This document shows positions 55,492-64,000 of a stretch of 64,000 nt of DNA, one piece after another. The stretch is taken from the NCBI GenBank assembly GCA_032718475.1, contig JAUCBJ010009150.1, positions 62,001-126,000 on the forward strand. Reading direction: 5' to 3'. Origin of the DNA: Nemertoderma westbladi. Its lineage: Eukaryota; Animalia; Xenacoelomorpha. The position numbers and the translations under genes were made by a program. Under the pieces are notes generated by a model that was given only the letters and a program-made list of their open reading frames with translations, did not search any database and was not told where the DNA came from. Every line of letters starts with the position of its first letter. Position 1 is the stretch's first letter.

Positions 55492-58400
55492 CTGTAAGGG
55501 TCCGTAAGTCGTTCTCAACATTATTGTGGGAATCTGGGAAGCCCAAGTTCGCACGGCGTGGGTTCGTGGATGCCATAGGACGCGTCCCGACCTGGAGAAA
55601 ACAATTAAGTGAAAATACAAATGAACAGTGACATGTTATTTAAAAATCTCATATAATTAAATGTCAATTAAACATCAATAAACACAAACACATATTTAAT
55701 AATAAACAAACACACCAACACTTATATAGTGTAGGAATGAATAATTACCCGTTGTAACAATAATTGCAAGCCAGACGTCCCAACACTTTAATAAATAATT
55801 CATTGCGAACGACTTGCTGGTAATGTTGTGAATAAACAGTAAATCTAAACTCTAAATAATCAATTGTAATTAAACTTTAAACCAAAGCGATTTTAAATAA
55901 GAAACTTTGTTAAACGTAACTTATAATATATTCAGCTACTGAGGAGGCAGCGCTTATTATATATTGGTGTTGGTGTCTGTAATACAAAACGAACAAATGT
56001 CTGGCCATTGACCTTGTGTCTTTGTGTGAAGCCGCGCTATCCAATAATAAGACGGTATAACAATTATTGGTTGTTCAAGCAAAGGCAATGTATACGTTAA
56101 TGTATAATAATATGTTGCTTGGCGTGGGTGGCTGAGGCCTTGGCCTTGGTTGGTTAGTTTCCAGGGTGATATGTTCTAGAATATTAAATTATTTACCTTG
56201 AGTGAACCAAACCAACCACCCACACAATGCTGAAGAACATCGCATTGTATCCCAGCCGTCCAGCCCAGCCCGGCTGGCGCCTCCTACAACACAATGCAAG
56301 CAGCTCAGCTCAATATTGCTTGAAAATTCTCTTGTAAATATTTTCCAACTCAATAAATAATTACACTTGAAATGCACTATAGAGGGGTGGGGAGGTGTTA
56401 GCGGTGTCGCCAGGCGATTCTAACTGTTTTTGGGGATCATTTCCTTAAAATATATTTTTTATGCTCTATCTCGTGGTGTCGGTTAGAACGCGCGAAAATG
56501 AAAATCGATGGTCATTTTTGAAAAAAATCGGAAGTTATTTCGATAAATTATGGCTAATTTTGGGAAGGGCTTTTGTGTTGGCAATTTATTATTTAATACA
56601 GTTGAATATTTGGCTGAATTGAAGTTCATTAACCCGGGTAATTAAATTGAAATAACAAGTTATTTTGCAAAATGATGGCTAATTTTGGGAAGGGCTTTTG
56701 GAATGGAAATCAAATTTAAATGAAAGGTGTTCTTAGGAGAATTTGAATTAATAACGAGTGCCTTACATAACGGCGCAGTGCACTTAATAACGAGTGCACT
56801 ACATAACGGCGCAGTGCACTTAATAACTAGTGCCCTACATAACAGCGCATTGCACTTAATAACGAGTGCACTACATAACGGCGCAGTGCACTTAATAACG
56901 AGTGCACTACATAACGGCGCAGTGCACTTAATAACTAGTGCCCTACATAACAGCGCATTGCACTTAATAACGAGTGCCCTACATAACGGCGCAGTGCACT
57001 TTATAACGGTGCAGTGCACTTGATAAAGGTGTAGTGCACTTCATAAAGGTGTTAGTAGTGCACTTCATAACGATGCAGTGCACTTAATGTTATATGCTAT
57101 ATTTCATGTTATATGCTATAGTACATGCTCTGCGATATGCTATATGGTATGGTATATGCGATATGCTATAAGCTATATGTCATATGTTATATGTTATGCT
57201 ATATGCACTGTCATGCTATATGTTATGGTATATACAATGTTATATGCTATATGTTGTTATATGCTATAGTACATGCTAAGCTTAATGCTATGCTATATGC
57301 AATTCTATATGCTATGCTATATGTTATATGCTATAGTACATGCTAAGCTAAATGCTATGCTATATGCAATTCTATATGCTATGCTATATGTTATATGCTA
57401 TATGTTATGCTATATGCCACGTTATGCTATATGCTATGCTATATGTCATATGCTATATGTTATATAGCCTATGCTATATGCTATATGTCATATGTTATAT
57501 GTTGTGCTATATGCAATGTCATGCTATATGTTATGGTATATACAATGTTATATGCTATATGTTGTTATATGCTATAGTACATGCTAAGCTTAATGCTATG
57601 CTATATGTAATTCTATATGCTATGCTATATGTTATATGCTATAGTACATGCTAAGCTAAATGCTATGTTATATGCAATTCTATATGCTATGCTATATGTT
57701 ATATGCTATATGTTATGCTATATACCACGTTATGCTATATGCTATGTTATAGGTCATATGCTATATGTTATATAGCCTATGCTATATGCTATATGTCATA
57801 TTTTATATGTTATGCTATATGCAATGTCATGCTATATGTTATGGTATATACAATGTTATATGCTATATGTTGTTATATGCTATAGTACATGCTAAGCTAT
57901 ATGCTATGCTATATGCAATGCTATATGCTATGCTATATGTTATATGCTATAGTACATGCTAAGCTAAATGCTATGCTATATGCAATTCTATATGCTATGC
58001 TATATGTTATATGCTATATGTTATGCTATATACCACGTTATGCTATATGCTATGTTATAGGTCATATGCTATATGTTATATAGCCTATGCTATATGCTAT
58101 ATGTCATATGTTATATGTTATGCTATATGCAATGTCATGCTATATGTTATGGTATATACAATGTTATATGCTATATGTTGTTATATGCTATAGTACATGC
58201 TAAGCTATATGCTATGCTATATGCAATGCTATATGCTATGCTATATGTTATATGATATATGTTATGCTATATGCCACGTTATGATATATGCTATGCTATG
58301 CTATATGTCATATGCTATATGTTAAATGTTATGCTATATGCCATGTTATGTTATATGCTATAGTACATGCTAAGCTATATGCTCTATGCTATGCTATATG

Positions 58401-60887
58401 ATATATATCATATGCTATATGCTATGGTACATCCTATGCTATGGTGTGCTATGCTATGCTATGCTATGCTATTCTATGATATGCTATGCTATGCTATGCT
58501 ATATGCTATGGTACATCCTATGCTATATGCTATATGCAATATATCATATGCTGTGCTATGCTATGCTATGCTATGCTATGCTATGCTATGCTATGCTATG
58601 CTATACTATGTTATGCTATGCTATGCTATGCTATGCTATGCTATGCTATGCTATGCTATGTTAAGCTATGATATGCTATGTTATGCTATGCTATGCTATG
58701 CTATGCTGTTCTATGATATGCTATGCTATGCTATGCTATGCTATATGCTATGGTACATCCTATGCTATATGCTATATGCAATATATCATATGCTATGCTA
58801 TGCTATGCTATGCTATGCTTTGCTATGCTATGCTATGCTATGATATGCTAAGCTATGCTATGCTATGCTATGTTAAGCTATGATATGCTATGTTATGCTA
58901 TGCTATGTTTGTCAAAATGACATTTTGACATGTCATTTTGCAAAAATGTCACTTTCAAATTGACAGTTTGACATGTCATTTTGTCAAAATGTCACTTTCA
59001 AATTGACATTTTGACATGTCATTTTGCCAAATGTCATTTTCAAGTTGACATTTTGACATGTCATTTTGCCAAAATGTCATTTTCAAGTTGACATTTTGAC
59101 ATGTCATTTTGTCAAAATGTCATTTTCAAATTGACATTTTGACATGTCATTTTGTCAAAATGTCATTTTCAAATTGACATTTTGACATGTCATATTTTAT
59201 GAGATTTAAGGTATTTTTTCTTGAAAAAGCGAACATAACTTTTCTGAGTCCGTTTCTGTAACATTTAAAGAAAAGTTCACTTGTGATACTTCTTTTAGTG
59301 TTAAATTAACCGCAGATTCCAAATACAGTAACCGTTTTTACATATGATTTGTAGTTCTCGCGATATTGGGGTTCAAACACAACGTTTTTTGATATTTTAC
59401 GAAATTAAGGTATTTTTTCTTGAAAAAGCAAACGTAACTATTCCCAGTCCGTTTCTGTAACATTTAGAGACAAGTTCACTTGTGATACTTCTTTTAGTGT
59501 TAAATTAACCGCAGATTCCAAATACAGTAACCGTTTTTACATATGATTTGTAGTTCTCGCGATATTTGGGTTCAAACACAACGTTTTTTGATATTTTACG
59601 AAATTTAAGGTATTTTTTCTTGAAAAAGCAGACATAACTATTCCCAGTCCGTTTCTGTAACATTTAGAGAAAAGTTCACTTGTGATACTTCTTTTAGTGT
59701 TAAATTAACCGCAGATTCCAAATACAGTAACCGTTTTTACATATGATTTGTAGTTCTCGCGATATTTGGGTTCAAACACAACGTTTTTTGATATTTTACG
59801 AAATTTAAGGTATTTTTTCTTGAAAAAGCAGACATAACTATTCCCAGTCCGTTTCTGTAACATTTAGAGAAAAGTTCACTTGTGATACTTCTTTTAGTGT
59901 TAAATTAACCGCAGATTCCAAATACAGTAACCGTTTTTACATATGATTTGTAGTTCTCGCGATATTTGGGTTCAAACACAACGTTTTTTGATATTTTATG
60001 AAATTTAAGGTATTTTTTCTTGAAAAATCATACATAACTATTCCCAGTCCGTTTCTGTAACATTTAGAGAAAAGTTCACTTGTGATACTTCTTTTAGTGT
60101 TAAATTAACCGCAGATTCCAAATACAGTAACCGTTTTTACATATGATTTGTAGTTCTCGCGATATTTGGGTTCAAACACAACGTTTTTTGATATTTTATG
60201 AAATTTAAGGTATTTTTTCTTGAAAAATCATACATAACTATTCCCAGTCCGTTTCTGTAACATTTAGAGAAAAGTTCACTTGTGATACTTCTTTTAGTGT
60301 TAAATTAACAGCAGATTCCAAATACAGTAACCGTTTTTACTTAAATTGTAGATTTTGCAACAAAAATTAAAAAAAAATACGATTTGAGGGAATCACAACA
60401 AAACTTTTTAAGTTTAAAACAACCGGTTATGTTCAACATAACGGTAACGTATAACGGCATAACGGTACCAAAAATAACTTCATTTTAATAACAAAATAAA
60501 CGGATAAACAGATGAGTAACCAGAACCCGGTAGCACAAACATACAGATCAGTAACAGCAGTATCAACACCAGATTAGCACAAGACTTAATAAGTAAAATG
60601 AAAGCCGACTTCCACCACTGGGTACGAACCTATTGCTTAACGAAATGTCCTTATTTATAATCGAATATGGTGCGAGCCACAAAGTCTGTGAGCCATAGCA
60701 TATAGTTGAATGTAGAGCATGCATGGGCCATTGTCAGTCCGTTGAATTGAGATTTAGAGGGAAAATCATATCATTAGCCAAAATGGAGCCTTCGCAAAAC
60801 GTTTATCTAATGAACAATGTCTATTATTTGGCCTAGCTAGTACAACTGTATGCCACCGTTCACGGACCCCGCCAACCCACCGAGTCC

Positions 60888-61040
60888 CTACAGATCTCCC
60901 TTGGGTTCCTCTTGGCCCTCGAAGTATCGTATCTTATCCTTGGGATTGGGGATTATGGTAGCGCTGCCCGGCTTCCAGTCGATCGGACAGACGTCCCCGT
61001 GCTGGTCCGTGTACTGGAAGGCCTGCACGAGACGCAGGGT
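60888..61040 (-). pseudogene. Peroxiredoxin C-terminal exon fragment, copy 11
   Basis: Identical translation. Confidence 0.9.
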
Positions 61041-64000
61041 CTGTAAGGGTCCGTAAGTCGTTCTCAACATTATTGTGGGAATCTGGGAAGCCCAAGTTCG
61101 CACGGCGTGGGTTCGTGGATGCCATAGGACGCGTCCCGACCTGGAGAAAACAATTAAGTGAAAATACAAATGAACAGTGACATGTTATTTAAAAATCTCA
61201 TATAATTAAATGTCAATTAAACATCAATAAACACAAACACATATTTAATAATAAACAAACACACCAACACTTATATAGTGTAGGAATGAATAATTACCCG
61301 TTGTAACAATAATTGCAAGCCAGACGTCCCAACACTTTAATAAATAATTCATTGCGAACGACTTGCTGGTAATGTTGTGAATAAACAGTAAATCTAAACT
61401 CTAAATAATCAATTGTAATTAAACTTTAAACCAAAGCGATTTTAAATAAGAAACTTTGTTAAACGTAACTTATAATATATTCAGCTACTGAGGAGGCAGC
61501 GCTTATTATATATTGGTGTTGGTGTCTGTAATACAAAACGAACAAATGTCTGGCCATTGACCTTGTGTCTTTGTGTGAAGCCGCGCTATCCAATAATAAG
61601 ACGGTATAACAATTATTGGTTGTTCAAGCAAAGGCAATGTATACGTTAATGTATAATAATATGTTGCTTGGCGTGGGTGGCTGAGGCCTTGGCCTTGGTT
61701 GGTTAGTTTCCAGGGTGATATGTTCTAGAATATTAAATTATTTACCTTGAGTGAACCAAACCAACCACCCACACAATGCTGAAGAACATCGCATTGTATC
61801 CCAGCCGTCCAGCCCAGCCCGGCTGGCGCCTCCTACAACACAATGCAAGCAGCTCAGCTCAATATTGCTTGAAAATTCTCTTGTAAATATTTTCCAACTC
61901 AATAAATAATTACACTTGAAATGCACTATAGAGGGGTGGGGAGGTGTTAGCGGTGTCGCCCGGCGATTCTGAGCTGTTTTTGGTGATCATTTCCTTAAAA
62001 TATATTTTTTATGCTCTATCTCGTGGTGTCGGTTAGAACGCGCGAAAATGAAAATCGATGGTCAATTTTGAAAAAAATCGGAAGTTATTTCGATAAATTA
62101 TGGCTAATTTTGGGAAGGGCTTTTGTGTTGGCAATTTATTATTTAATACAGTTGAATATTTGGCTGAATTGAAGTTCATTAACCCGGGTAATTAAATTGA
62201 AATAACAAGTTATTTTGCAAAATGATGGCTAATTTTGGGAAGGGCTTTTGGAATGGAAATCAAATTTAAATGAAAGGTGTTCTTAGGAGAATTTGAATTA
62301 ATAACGAGTGCCCTACATAACGGCGCAGTGCACTTAATAACGAGTGCACTACATAACGGCGCAGTGCACTTAATAACTAGTGCCCTACATAACAGCGCAT
62401 TGCACTTAATAACGAGTGCACTACATAACGGCGCAGTGCACTTAATAACGAGTGCACTACATAACGGCGCAGTGCACTTAATAACTAGTGCCCTACATAA
62501 CAGCGCATTGCACTTAATAACGAGTGCCCTACATAACGGCGCAGTGCACTTTATAACGGTGCAGTGCACTTGATAAAGGTGTAGTGCACTTCATAAAGGT
62601 GTTAGTAGTGCACTTCATAACGATGCAGTGCACTTAATGTTATATGCTATATTTCATGTTATATGCTATAGTACATGCTCTGCGATATGCTATATGGTAT
62701 GGTATATGCGATATGCTATAAGCTATATGTCATATGTTATATGTTATGCTATATGCACTGTCATGCTATATGTTATGGTATATACAATGTTATATGCTAT
62801 ATGTTGTTATATGCTATAGTACATGCTAAGCTTAATGCTATGCTATATGCAATTCTATATGCTATGCTATATGTTATATGCTATAGTACATGCTAAGCTA
62901 AATGCTATGCTATATGCAATTCTATATGCTATGCTATATGTTATATGCTATATGTTATGCTATATGCCACGTTATGCTATATGCTATGCTATATGTCATA
63001 TGCTATATGTTATATAGCCTATGCTATATGCTATATGTCATATGTTATATGTTGTGCTATATGCAATGTCATGCTATATGTTATGGTATATACAATGTTA
63101 TATGCTATATGTTGTTATATGCTATAGTACATGCTAAGCTTAATGCTATGCTATATGTAATTCTATATGCTATGCTATATGTTATATGCTATAGTACATG
63201 CTAAGCTAAATGCTATGTTATATGCAATTCTATATGCTATGCTATATGTTATATGCTATATGTTATGCTATATACCACGTTATGCTATATGCTATGTTAT
63301 AGGTCATATGCTATATGTTATATAGCCTATGCTATATGCTATATGTCATATTTTATATGTTATGCTATATGCAATGTCATGCTATATGTTATGGTATATA
63401 CAATGTTATATGCTATATGTTGTTATATGCTATAGTACATGCTAAGCTATATGCTATGCTATATGCAATGCTATATGCTATGCTATATGTTATATGCTAT
63501 AGTACATGCTAAGCTAAATGCTATGCTATATGCAATTCTATATGCTATGCTATATGTTATATGCTATATGTTATGCTATATACCACGTTATGCTATATGC
63601 TATGTTATAGGTCATATGCTATATGTTATATAGCCTATGCTATATGCTATATGTCATATGTTATATGTTATGCTATATGCAATGTCATGCTATATGTTAT
63701 GGTATATACAATGTTATATGCTATATGTTGTTATATGCTATAGTACATGCTAAGCTATATGCTATGCTATATGCAATGCTATATGCTATGCTATATGTTA
63801 TATGATATATGTTATGCTATATGCCACGTTATGATATATGCTATGCTATGCTATATGTCATATGCTATATGTTAAATGTTATGCTATATGCCATGTTATG
63901 TTATATGCTATAGTACATGCTAAGCTATATGCTCTATGCTATGCTATATGATATATATCATATGCTATATGCTATGGTACATCCTATGCTATGGTGTGCT

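Larger units (their letters stand above)
1..64000. repeat. Composite macrosatellite, ~5.4-kb unit, at least 11 tandem copies, open at both window ends
   Basis: The identical 93-aa minus-strand ORF ends at 2749, 8177, 13606, 19240, 24528, 29953, 39742, 45154, 50563, 55339 and 60888. Spacings are 5428, 5429, 5634, 5288, 5425, 9789 (4451 without the LTR element), 5412, 5409, 4776 and 5549. Sub-array order is the same in every unit. Confidence 0.98.

Overview
Eukaryotic, AT-rich, probably invertebrate heterochromatin-like DNA (host not identifiable from sequence alone). The whole window is a head-to-tail macrosatellite of ~5.4-kb units: 11 complete cores are visible and the array runs off both ends. 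On the + strand each unit reads: ~43-bp palindromic TGACA minisatellite, 200-bp satellite (0.7-5.7 copies), ~1.6-kb near-invariant unique core, 125-bp repeat, 36-bp GTGCAC minisatellite, complex (TATGC)n microsatellite. On the - strand every core carries an orphan C-terminal exon of a typical 2-Cys peroxiredoxin (Prx4-like, resolving-Cys region only). That exon sits inside what looks like a compact spliced Pol II unit (CCAAT/TATA, ATG exon, 157-nt GT-AG intron) that would encode a 41-aa peptide out of frame with Prx. One intact, apparently very recent Ty3/Gypsy (Mag-like) LTR retrotransposon (32279-37616, - strand, 265-bp LTRs identical by eye) is inserted in a TATGC tract, and one of its LTR termini reproduces that microsatellite. 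Almost all other listed ORFs are repeat-translation artefacts. Sub-array boundaries are approximate to within ~10 bp.
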